DNA of 64,000 bases, taken from the IMG/VR virus record IMGVR_UViG_3300048924_000191, positions 1 through 64,000 of that record; one strand, given 5' to 3'. A program made the position numbers and the translations under genes. Positions within the stretch are counted from its first letter, which is position 1. Each line of letters starts with the position of its first letter. The notes under the pieces were generated by a model that was not told the origin of the DNA, ran no database searches, and saw only the letters and a list, made by a program, of their open reading frames with translations. This DNA comes from a virus. Of this stretch, positions 56,386-63,978 are shown in pieces.

Positions 56386-56880
56386 ATGGGTATTTTCGTA
56401 TCAAGCCAGGCGGACTTGATTGCGATGATCAACGTTGCGAGCGGTGTCAACTTCACCGCTTCCGACTTGGTCTTCGGCAAACCAAGAGCCGCTACCTCCG
56501 CTGAGATCACTCAGTTCGGAAAGAACAGCGCTGTCGCTGTGCGGGCCTCCGATACCACGACGTTGGTGGCCGGATTCACGACCTTCTTCTACGACCGACT
56601 GGATCTGAAGACGCTAGAGCTCTTTGACTTGACCACATGCTTCTGTGCAGACGGACTGGCCAAAGACGCGTGGTTGGGTACCGTCATCGGTTACCTCAAC
56701 GTCCCGTTCACGCCGACACATCTGGTCGAACACAGCTCGACTACGGTGAACGGTAAAGTGAATGTCCAACTGGAAGCCACGACCGATAGCCTGGGTTGGT
56801 TCGGCACAGGGACGTTGGTGTTCGGTGGTTATCCAGATATCTCGACAGCCTTCACTGACAACAAATTGACAGGCTTCTAA
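56386..56880 (+). CDS. paralog-family protein, module only (N-half of a split class B architecture)
   Basis: Start moved to ATG 56386 (MGIFVSSQADL). LIAMINVASGV..LVFGKPRA..NSAVAVRAS..FFYDRLDL..SLGWFGTGTLVF..ends DNKLTGF. Confidence 0.55.
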   Translation: MGIFVSSQADLIAMINVASGVNFTASDLVFGKPRAATSAEITQFGKNSAVAVRASDTTTLVAGFTTFFYDRLDLKTLELFDLTTCFCADGLAKDAWLGTVIGYLNVPFTPTHLVEHSSTTVNGKVNVQLEATTDSLGWFGTGTLVFGGYPDISTAFTDNKLTGF

Positions 56881-56895
56881 GCCGAGGAATCGATC

Positions 56896-57273
56896 ATGAA
56901 TGATTGGCCGAACTACCTGATCCGTCAGGACTTCACCGAACCAGGTGAGGTGCTGAGTGTGATCCCGCTGGGCCTACTCAACGAGGCGGATCAGCGACTG
57001 ATGGCCCAAGTGCTGTCTGAGTACGCACCGCAAGTCGATAAAGACAAGTGGAACATGGACGAGCACGGCACGGAATATAGCCTGAATGGCGCTGAGGTCA
57101 TCTACAACGGTCTCAACCATCGCGACCTGCCAACCTTCAGCACGTACAAGTACGCCCTCGGGTTGCGCTTCCCAGAACGTTCTACGGCACCCGTAGGTAC
57201 TATCTTCCTGTGCTGGCATGAGCCGGTGGAGGAAGAGCCAGTTGCTGAAACACCACCTGTGAGTGAGGAGTGA
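56896..57273 (+). CDS. stand-alone LHYN-type C-terminal domain (C-half of a split class B architecture)
   Basis: ..EYSLNGAEVIYNGLNHRDLPTFSTYKYALGLRFPERSTAPVGTIFLCWHEP aligns with the end of 53402..54274 (WNLANATVVSNGLNNPTLPTNPSYKYVMGLRLDPAVLTPAGLMYLHYNDP). Confidence 0.55.
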   Translation: MNDWPNYLIRQDFTEPGEVLSVIPLGLLNEADQRLMAQVLSEYAPQVDKDKWNMDEHGTEYSLNGAEVIYNGLNHRDLPTFSTYKYALGLRFPERSTAPVGTIFLCWHEPVEEEPVAETPPVSEE

Positions 57274-57277
57274 TCTC

Positions 57278-58312
57278 ATGCTTCGTGCAATGTACGGTTT
57301 TGATCACTGTGTCAGAACTCCAGCACCTGCCGTTGGTGCTGTGAACAACCCTTCGGTAGGTTTCGGTTACGCCAATGCCACACTGCTGAACCCTACCCTC
57401 ATGGCGGTGGACAGTAACGGTTTTCTTGGCGGTTACTCCTCAGCTCAGAACGTCAACCTGGCGTTCGACATGACGGGTCTGATTCCACCTAACCCGACCA
57501 AGGTCACGTTCGGTTGGCGTGTAAAGACCCTCCAAGTCTACGGCGCTGCTCACGCGATGATCTCGTTCTCGGTCCCAGGTACGCCTAACGATACGACTGC
57601 GTACATCATCCAGATGGCAGCAGCCAACGCCCCGTGGCTGCCAACGGTAGGTAACGAGGTCTACGTCGAGCTGACTTACGACTTCGTGACGTTCACGCCT
57701 ACCCTCACAGTCAACGGCGTCCCTGTGACTGCTACGATCGGTAGCGCTCCTAACACCGCTCAGAAGGCTGCGTTCGTGTCGGGTGCCTGGACGATCAACT
57801 TCACGCTCGCCAACACCGTGAACGCCCGTTATGCCTACCGCGACATCTACATCGTCGATGCGGTGGCGGGTGACGGCATGGTGGGTCCGCTCGGTCCTCA
57901 GAAGCTGTTTCCAATCACCTTGGACGCCGCAGCAGGGGCTGGCTGGACACCTTCGTCTGGTACGCTGTTGGATGTGTTGAACGCTGCCTTGCCAGCTAAC
58001 CCAACTGCCACTTCGCCAAGCGACAAGACTCCATTGGTCACCAGCCTTAAGACCAGTGCTCCTGAAGGTAGTCGTGTCACTGCGGTGAGTCTGTCGTTGT
58101 CGGGGACCAGTAGTGGTGACGGGGCATCGACCAGTAAGGTTGAGATCACCCAAAACAGTCAGAGCTTCTCACCGAAGTTTCCCGTCGTGGCGAAGACTAC
58201 CACCTACGGTGCGCCAATCGGGATCTTCCCGAAAGCGCCTGATGGCACCTCGTGGGATCTGGCAAAAATCGATGCGACCACCCTCAAGCTGACCCCTGAC
58301 ACCGCCGCCTGA
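57278..58312 (+). CDS. class C protein (jelly-roll-like plus conserved C-terminal domain)
   Basis: Start moved to ATG 57278, GAGGAG upstream. MLRAMYGFDH..VYVELTYDFVTFTPTLTVNGVPV..YRDIYIVD..VGPLGPQKLFPITLDAAAGAGWT..WDLAKIDATTLKLTPDTAA. Confidence 0.6.
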   Translation: MLRAMYGFDHCVRTPAPAVGAVNNPSVGFGYANATLLNPTLMAVDSNGFLGGYSSAQNVNLAFDMTGLIPPNPTKVTFGWRVKTLQVYGAAHAMISFSVPGTPNDTTAYIIQMAAANAPWLPTVGNEVYVELTYDFVTFTPTLTVNGVPVTATIGSAPNTAQKAAFVSGAWTINFTLANTVNARYAYRDIYIVDAVAGDGMVGPLGPQKLFPITLDAAAGAGWTPSSGTLLDVLNAALPANPTATSPSDKTPLVTSLKTSAPEGSRVTAVSLSLSGTSSGDGASTSKVEITQNSQSFSPKFPVVAKTTTYGAPIGIFPKAPDGTSWDLAKIDATTLKLTPDTAA

Positions 58313-58329
58313 TTCGAGGATTTATCATC

Positions 58330-59298
58330 ATGGCAGTTAGAGCAATTATCGGGTTCGACCACCTGCCGCAGAACGACACGAGCTGGATTAACTACGCCAG
58401 CCACGACATGACGCGCGCCGCAGACTTGTCGGCCCAAAACACCATCGTCAACGGATGGCTGGTCAGTAACGCTACTGCATCGGGCGCTGAGCGCGTAACC
58501 ATTCCTCTCGACAAATACCTGGTCGCTCCGGTAGCCAAGATCTGGTTCGGTATCCGCTGCCGTTCTACTCTCAACGCGCGTGGCGGTGCAGGCATCATCT
58601 ACCTGAACGGCACCTACGTGTTGTTGGATACGTTGATCGGCGTCACGGGTACTACCACGTACCTTGAGTTCTCCTACGACGTTGCCAGTGGTGCTGTAGA
58701 ACGTTGGATCAATGGCGTCAAACAGGCTAACGGTACCAGTCCTGGTGCAGGTCTGCGTAACCTCACGTTCGGCTTGGAAGCCAAGGGTAGTCTCAACGGT
58801 CGATACGACTGGCGTGATATCTACGTCGTCGATGATCAGGGAGCTGCACAAGGTTTGCCGGTAGGTCCTCTTGGCGCTCAGGTGACTTACCCCATCACTT
58901 TGGATGCGGCTTCGGCTTCGGACTGGACCACCACTCCGAGTGGTGCCACCCTGCTCGAAGCGTTGAACGAGCCTGGTGCGGTCCCTACGGCTAAAATCGC
59001 AACGTCGGCTTCCAACGCTCCTCTGACGGTGAGTCTCAAGTCCTCAATGCCTGCGGGTGTCGTGGTCAATGCCATCGAACTCATGGGCGGTGGTCGTTCG
59101 ACCACGACCAGTACGGCGAAAGTCGCGGCGAAGATCTCGACGGGCGGTACGGATGTTGCAGGTCTGACGCCCGTTGCGCCGATCACCAACTATGCGTACA
59201 GTCTTGGGTTCGGTGTGTTCCACAAGGCTCCGAATGGCACCCCGTGGACCAATACCAACATCGACGCTACGGATCTTGTCCTGACGCCTGATGTTTAA
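58330..59298 (+). CDS. class C protein
   Basis: MAVRAIIGFDH..TYLEFSYDVASGAVERWINGVKQ..WRDIYVVD..VGPLGAQVTYPITLDAASASDWT..WTNTNIDATDLVLTPDV. Confidence 0.6.
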   Translation: MAVRAIIGFDHLPQNDTSWINYASHDMTRAADLSAQNTIVNGWLVSNATASGAERVTIPLDKYLVAPVAKIWFGIRCRSTLNARGGAGIIYLNGTYVLLDTLIGVTGTTTYLEFSYDVASGAVERWINGVKQANGTSPGAGLRNLTFGLEAKGSLNGRYDWRDIYVVDDQGAAQGLPVGPLGAQVTYPITLDAASASDWTTTPSGATLLEALNEPGAVPTAKIATSASNAPLTVSLKSSMPAGVVVNAIELMGGGRSTTTSTAKVAAKISTGGTDVAGLTPVAPITNYAYSLGFGVFHKAPNGTPWTNTNIDATDLVLTPDV

Positions 59299-59309
59299 GG
59301 GGATTCTCC

Positions 59310-59981
59310 ATGCCAGTCAATATTGCAAACATCCAAGGCTACGCATTGACGCGCCTAGCCTCGCCGGTGAACATCGCCAACATTCAGGGTTACGTGCTGG
59401 CTAACCCACCTGCGCCCGTCCAACTGCGAGACATCCGTGGTTACGTGATGGTGACTGCGCCAGCGCCCGTTCAGTTGCGGACCATCAATGGCTACGCCAT
59501 GGTCCCGTTCCAGGACTTGCCGAAAGGTAAGACGGCAGCAGTGGCATTGATGGACATGATCCTCGTTCGGTTGAAGAGTGCCCGTCCAGCCTCGCACTTC
59601 AATTTGGGTGCTGTGGAGCTCGGTACCGAGACCGACTACAACGCCAAGGTGAAGTTGACACCGAATGCGGTAGCCTTATTGTCAGGGGAGATGTACTTCC
59701 ACTACAACCGGATTTATCTGTCACGGATGCCGAGTCTGAGTTCGATCGTGATCGGGAGCGCGGCTAACACCCACGCCCTGATTCCAGCGATCAACACTCT
59801 CACCGGCATGCAACTCACCACGAACGACATCGTGAATGAGGACATTCCAGCAGGGTACGTGGAAGTCACTCTGACTGCAGCGGCTACCAGTTATCTGTTC
59901 ATTCCAGGGACTCAGTGCCAAGTGGGTAACACACCGTCGCTGGCAGCTCAGTTCAAAACTGACACGATCCTCTGGTCGTAA
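59310..59981 (+). CDS. paralog-family protein: 4 tandem strand-motif repeats plus module
   Basis: Four 17-aa units, then LMDMILVRLKSARP..VELGTET..KVKLTPN..YFHYNRIYL..ALIPAINTLTGMQLTTNDI..TSYLFIPGTQCQV. Confidence 0.6.
   Translation: MPVNIANIQGYALTRLASPVNIANIQGYVLANPPAPVQLRDIRGYVMVTAPAPVQLRTINGYAMVPFQDLPKGKTAAVALMDMILVRLKSARPASHFNLGAVELGTETDYNAKVKLTPNAVALLSGEMYFHYNRIYLSRMPSLSSIVIGSAANTHALIPAINTLTGMQLTTNDIVNEDIPAGYVEVTLTAAATSYLFIPGTQCQVGNTPSLAAQFKTDTILWS
59313..59516 (+). repeat. 4 x 51-nt coding tandem repeat (17-aa units)
   Basis: PVNIANIQGYALTRLAS / PVNIANIQGYVLANPPA / PVQLRDIRGYVMVTAPA / PVQLRTINGYAMVPFQD. Confidence 0.75.
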
Positions 59982-59994
59982 GGAAAAACAAACC

Positions 59995-61086
59995 ATGAAG
60001 ATTCATGCGATGTACGGTTTGGACCTGCCGACCACGAACGCGACAGGCAACGGCAGTAACGTACTTATCACTCGGCTGCCAAACGGGCCGTGGCAGTCGA
60101 TGTCGACAAACAGCGAAACCAATTTCAGTATCCAGGTTTGGACGGATGGATGGCTGAGAATGGGGATCGGTGCCGGAGCTCCGAACTTTGGCAACTATCG
60201 ATTCCGCGCCGTAGCTGACATCAAGGAAATGATCCCAGTCGTTACACCAACCTCGAACTTGTACTTTGGCGTTCGGGTAAAGGCCGGTACCGGATACACC
60301 GGCAGTACTGTGGTGACGTTGTCTTCCGCGGTAGACATCAATAACCTGGTCAACCTGTTCCAGATCACGGATCTGCCCGGTTACGTGATCGATAAGTCGT
60401 ACTACGTAGAGTTTAACTTGAACTTTGCGAACAACACTATCGATCGCCGTGTCGATGGTAAACCACTGGCGCAGATGGCCATGCCTGCTTGGATGGCCAC
60501 CGCAGTATCTGCGTCGCCTGGCGGTACCAGCGTTTATGTGGGTATCGGTGCCAGCTTCTCGTACAGTATCAGTCAGGGCCAAACCCACTACTTCTGGTGG
60601 CGTGATTTCTACTGCGTCGAGTGGGAGGCTGGGGAACTCGCTCAGTTTCTGGGTCCTCAGGTGGTGGAAAAGGTACCTGTCGATACAGTGGCGGCTACTG
60701 CCTGGACTGCTAGTACTGGCACTGCGACTTCGGTCTTGAAGACGGGGTACAGTAACCCATCCACTGCCATCGGCGCTCCAACCCTCACCACCGACGATGC
60801 GATGACGCCGGGTAGTATCACCTACAACCCCACCAACATTCCAGTGAATGCCGTTCTCAACGGTATCCTCGTGAAGGGACGCTCAGCAGTGAGTGTAAAT
60901 GCCACGGGCAACTTGGGCGTCTCCGCTACGGTCGGTGGGGTGGAGTCTTCGGATGCCAACGTAGCGATGGTAGCTGCGCAGACGTTCTACGACCGGATGT
61001 TGTTCCTCACTAAAACCCCAGGCGGGCTACCATGGACTCAGCCAGCGTTGGCGGGCCTTACCGTCAAAGCCAAACCGAAGGTGTAA
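59995..61086 (+). CDS. class C protein (most divergent member)
   Basis: MKIHAMYGLDL..YYVEFNLNFANNTIDRRVDGKPL..WWRDFYCVE..FLGPQVVEKVPVDTVAATAWT..WTQPALAGLTVKAKPKV. Confidence 0.6.
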   Translation: MKIHAMYGLDLPTTNATGNGSNVLITRLPNGPWQSMSTNSETNFSIQVWTDGWLRMGIGAGAPNFGNYRFRAVADIKEMIPVVTPTSNLYFGVRVKAGTGYTGSTVVTLSSAVDINNLVNLFQITDLPGYVIDKSYYVEFNLNFANNTIDRRVDGKPLAQMAMPAWMATAVSASPGGTSVYVGIGASFSYSISQGQTHYFWWRDFYCVEWEAGELAQFLGPQVVEKVPVDTVAATAWTASTGTATSVLKTGYSNPSTAIGAPTLTTDDAMTPGSITYNPTNIPVNAVLNGILVKGRSAVSVNATGNLGVSATVGGVESSDANVAMVAAQTFYDRMLFLTKTPGGLPWTQPALAGLTVKAKPKV

Positions 61087-61089
61087 TCC

Positions 61090-62292
61090 ATGGCTAACCC
61101 TAAATTCGTACTTCGATCGCTTGACGTGTTTGCGATGTACGGCGTGAATAATCTTCCGCCGTTTGGTACCCCTGGTCCTGCTGCGATTCTTACAGCGATC
61201 AACAAGGAGCAGGGCATCACACTCACCTCAGCACAGGTCACGGTTGGTGCGCCTGTAGCAACGACAGGCGACACGTTGTTCAATACCTCGGTGACACTGA
61301 CATCAATCCCTAACAAGGGGTTTAAAGGGACGTTCACGGCTCGATACAACCGAGTCAGTGGCAGTCTGTCAGCGGTGTTGAACAACCTCACCATTCCCGG
61401 TGATGGAGCTTTCACGGTAGGTACCACTCACGACCTTATCCCTCTGATCAACACAGCCACGGGCTTGACGTTGGTTACTGGAGACATCGTGAATGAGGCC
61501 ATTCCGGTTGGGACAAACTCGGTCGATCTGAAAGCTGCTTCCACGAGTTACTTCTTCCTGCCTGGGTCGACCTTCAAGGTTTACGCAGGTGAGATCGCAG
61601 GTGAGCCGTGGATGTTGTTCGACGTGAACTCGTTGACTGACGTCAAGACCACAGGTTCGACGGGTACGCTGGCAAGTGCAGCGCAGGACAACACGTACTT
61701 GATTGATGGGGAACCTACCCTGAAGATCACCGGTACGGGTTCCCTGACGATCAACCTCGGTCAGTTGTTTGATTCGAGTATTCCTGAATGGACGCTGGAA
61801 TGGTCGAGTCGTTTGAACACGACCACCACAGGCTACGCTAACCTGCTCCGTCTTGGCAGTGCGACGGCGTACCAGCTGGTGCAACGGACTTCCGATTCTG
61901 GTTTCGGTCTGAGGATACAGCAAGGTATCGACTTCTCGACACAAGCCGGTGCATGGAACTTCCCGTTCGGCAGCGTTGCGAAGAACGGCGTGCTGACTCG
62001 TTACGCCGCTCAGAAGAAGAATGGTCTCATCACCATGTTTGTGGACGGTAAAGCTACCAACATGGCCAATGGTACCGGTTCGACCTACAACAGTAAATCG
62101 TTTTCCGCAGGCGCCGGTGTTGCAGCGTGTGACCGGATTACCCTGGGACTTCTGGCGCAAAACATCAGTCATGTTCGTCTCAGTAAGTTCGCTCGGTATC
62201 CGATCGACTACACGCCGAAACCGTTCAAGTCTGCTCCAACGCTTGCGCAAGCTGCACCGAACACCGATCTCTCTGGATTCGATCCAGCATAA
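61090..62292 (+). CDS. paralog-family protein: strand motif plus module plus LamG/concanavalin-like C-terminal domain
   Basis: LDVFAMYGVNN..ILTAINKEQG..VTVGAPVA..NTSVTLTSIPNKGFKGTFTARYNRV..LIPLINTATGLTLVTGDI. A LamG-like pattern follows: EWTLEWSSRLN..LITMFVDGK..ISHVRLSKFARY. Ends NTDLSGFDPA. Confidence 0.6.
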   Translation: MANPKFVLRSLDVFAMYGVNNLPPFGTPGPAAILTAINKEQGITLTSAQVTVGAPVATTGDTLFNTSVTLTSIPNKGFKGTFTARYNRVSGSLSAVLNNLTIPGDGAFTVGTTHDLIPLINTATGLTLVTGDIVNEAIPVGTNSVDLKAASTSYFFLPGSTFKVYAGEIAGEPWMLFDVNSLTDVKTTGSTGTLASAAQDNTYLIDGEPTLKITGTGSLTINLGQLFDSSIPEWTLEWSSRLNTTTTGYANLLRLGSATAYQLVQRTSDSGFGLRIQQGIDFSTQAGAWNFPFGSVAKNGVLTRYAAQKKNGLITMFVDGKATNMANGTGSTYNSKSFSAGAGVAACDRITLGLLAQNISHVRLSKFARYPIDYTPKPFKSAPTLAQAAPNTDLSGFDPA

Positions 62293-62297
62293 AGCAG

Positions 62298-62330
62298 CAT
62301 ACAGCCGGGGCGCAATGCCCCGGCTGTATG
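62298..62330. terminator. bidirectional hairpin, copy 5 of the repeated element
   Basis: catacagccggggc gcaat gccccggctgtatg, between stop 62292(+) and stop 62346(-). Confidence 0.7.
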
Positions 62331-62345
62331 TCGTTGCCGTAAGGA

Positions 62346-62870
62346 TTAAGCCTCGGCGTCGAAACCACTCAGGTCAGTGGTAGTCGCCGCTTCATCCAAA
62401 GGGACGTCAGCGTCCGGGATGTCCAGGACGGCGGCGTAGGTGCCGGTGTACAGCAAGCTGGACACGTTGGCGACCACGTCGGCCGAACCCGGGGTATCTT
62501 CGTTCACTGGGCGAACGATGTTCGACAGAGTGAATTCGGATTCCAGCAGACCCAGAGCGGTAGCGATCTTGGTCTTGACCTGTGGGTCGGTGTCGGAAGC
62601 TGCGATCACCACCGGAATATCTTTGGCGGCAGCGATTGCCTGGCCGGAAGCCAGAGCCAGACGGGTGTAGGAGAAAGTCTGCGAACCAGAGAAACCCTGG
62701 TTGGCGATTGCGGTGAAGGTCACCGAGGTGTTACGACCGCCAGTACCGGCAGCGGCCGAAGGCGCACCGACGGTAACTTTGGCCAGAGTGGCGTTCAGAC
62801 CGGCGTTCGCACTGTTGACCAGTGCCAGGACGTTCTCCTGAGCCGTGATGGACGGGTTGATCTTTGCCAT
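62346..62870 (-). CDS. paralog-family protein, class A, encoded on the opposite strand
   Basis: ORF track 62346..63068. Start moved to ATG 62870 (MAKINPSITAQ). VLALVNSANAG..VTVGAPSA..NTSVTFTAIANQGFSGSQTFSYTRLAL..SSLLYTGTYAAVL..ends TTDLSGFDAEA. Confidence 0.6.
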   Translation of the reverse strand: MAKINPSITAQENVLALVNSANAGLNATLAKVTVGAPSAAAGTGGRNTSVTFTAIANQGFSGSQTFSYTRLALASGQAIAAAKDIPVVIAASDTDPQVKTKIATALGLLESEFTLSNIVRPVNEDTPGSADVVANVSSLLYTGTYAAVLDIPDADVPLDEAATTTDLSGFDAEA

Positions 62871-62930
62871 GGTATCGATCTCTCGAAAAGTAGCGAGGGA
62901 TTTCGCTACATAGGATTCACGGCATAGAGC

Positions 62931-62958
62931 CCACCTGAGGGCGCAAACCCTCAGGTGG
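62931..62958 (-). terminator. hairpin between two minus-strand genes
   Basis: ccacctgaggg cgcaaa ccctcaggtgg, an 11-bp stem just after stop 62965. On the minus strand it is followed by GCTCTATGCC. Confidence 0.6.
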
Positions 62959-62964
62959 TGAAGA

Positions 62965-63978
62965 TTACTCTTCTTGCTTAACGCCCAGCAGACCAGCCTG
63001 CTGGCGACGCAGAGCGCGAGACTTGAGCGCTTCCATGGCCTGATACATACCGGCCAGAGCAACGTCATTCTCTTCGCAGTGCATCTCGCCTTGGTTGAAG
63101 TGCTCCAGGCGATGGATCTGTACAGCCAGCAGACTTTCGAAGGTCACGCCGGTGTGGCCGATCTGGTCAACTGGACCGGACTGGAATTGAATCAGGTTGC
63201 CGGTCTGAGGACGGATACCGCCAACGCCTTCAGTGGCGAAACCGTTGATCAGGTAGAAGTCGTACGAGTCAGGGAAGTCGGTAGGAACCATCCGACGGAC
63301 CTGGATGCTGGTATCGATACCCTCGACCTTGTGGGTCGTGATCGGCGCATCTTCCGAGAACTTCGGTGCAGGCTTACCTTCAGCCGGGAAGTCGAACAGA
63401 GTCGACAGCTCATGCTGGAAGCCGTTGGTGTGGTCAGCGATATAAACCGGCACACCGCCCTTACCTGCGTGTTCGACCATCCAGACGTTATCGATCAGGA
63501 TTTCGAACTTGTCGCCGTAGGTGTCGGTGGCGAACTTCACCAGACCGGCCTTGAGCGTTTCCAGCAGCGCAGGACGATCGAAGTCGGCCTTCAGGTCAGC
63601 TTCGGTAACCAGACGAGTCACTTCGGTTTGAAACGCAGCGAAGAATTCTTTCTCTTGCGCTTTCTCACGCTCTACGAACTCAGGGTCCAGGCGTGGATCG
63701 GCCGGTGCCGGGATGTGGTCGTAGCGCTCGGTGTCTTCGATCTCCGCTTGACTGCGGAACCAGATCGGACTATCAACGCTTACGGCAGTGCCAGCAGCAG
63801 CGTAACCGTAGGCCAGTTCACCGGTAGCTTCCAGTCTGACGAATTCATCCGGGGTGATCTGGATGAAGTACTCGACGCCAGTCTTGCGATGACGAACCTT
63901 GTCGCCGCGCGAGTACTTGCTGAGCTTCACAGGAGCTTGTGGTTCCTGGGTTTGTTCTTGCGGTTGGGCTTGTTCCAT
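62965..63978 (-). CDS. hypothetical protein (337 aa)
   Basis: ORF track. Gln/Glu/Pro-rich N-terminus. No motif I can name. Confidence 0.6.
   Translation of the reverse strand: MEQAQPQEQTQEPQAPVKLSKYSRGDKVRHRKTGVEYFIQITPDEFVRLEATGELAYGYAAAGTAVSVDSPIWFRSQAEIEDTERYDHIPAPADPRLDPEFVEREKAQEKEFFAAFQTEVTRLVTEADLKADFDRPALLETLKAGLVKFATDTYGDKFEILIDNVWMVEHAGKGGVPVYIADHTNGFQHELSTLFDFPAEGKPAPKFSEDAPITTHKVEGIDTSIQVRRMVPTDFPDSYDFYLINGFATEGVGGIRPQTGNLIQFQSGPVDQIGHTGVTFESLLAVQIHRLEHFNQGEMHCEENDVALAGMYQAMEALKSRALRRQQAGLLGVKQEE

Noticed and set aside
48230-62292. Possibility that the paralog array is a diversity-generating retroelement target or a shufflon.
   Set aside because: No reverse transcriptase, invertase or recombinase gene is in the window. 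I saw no near-identical template/variable nucleotide repeats or inverted crossover sites. Divergence is spread over whole proteins.
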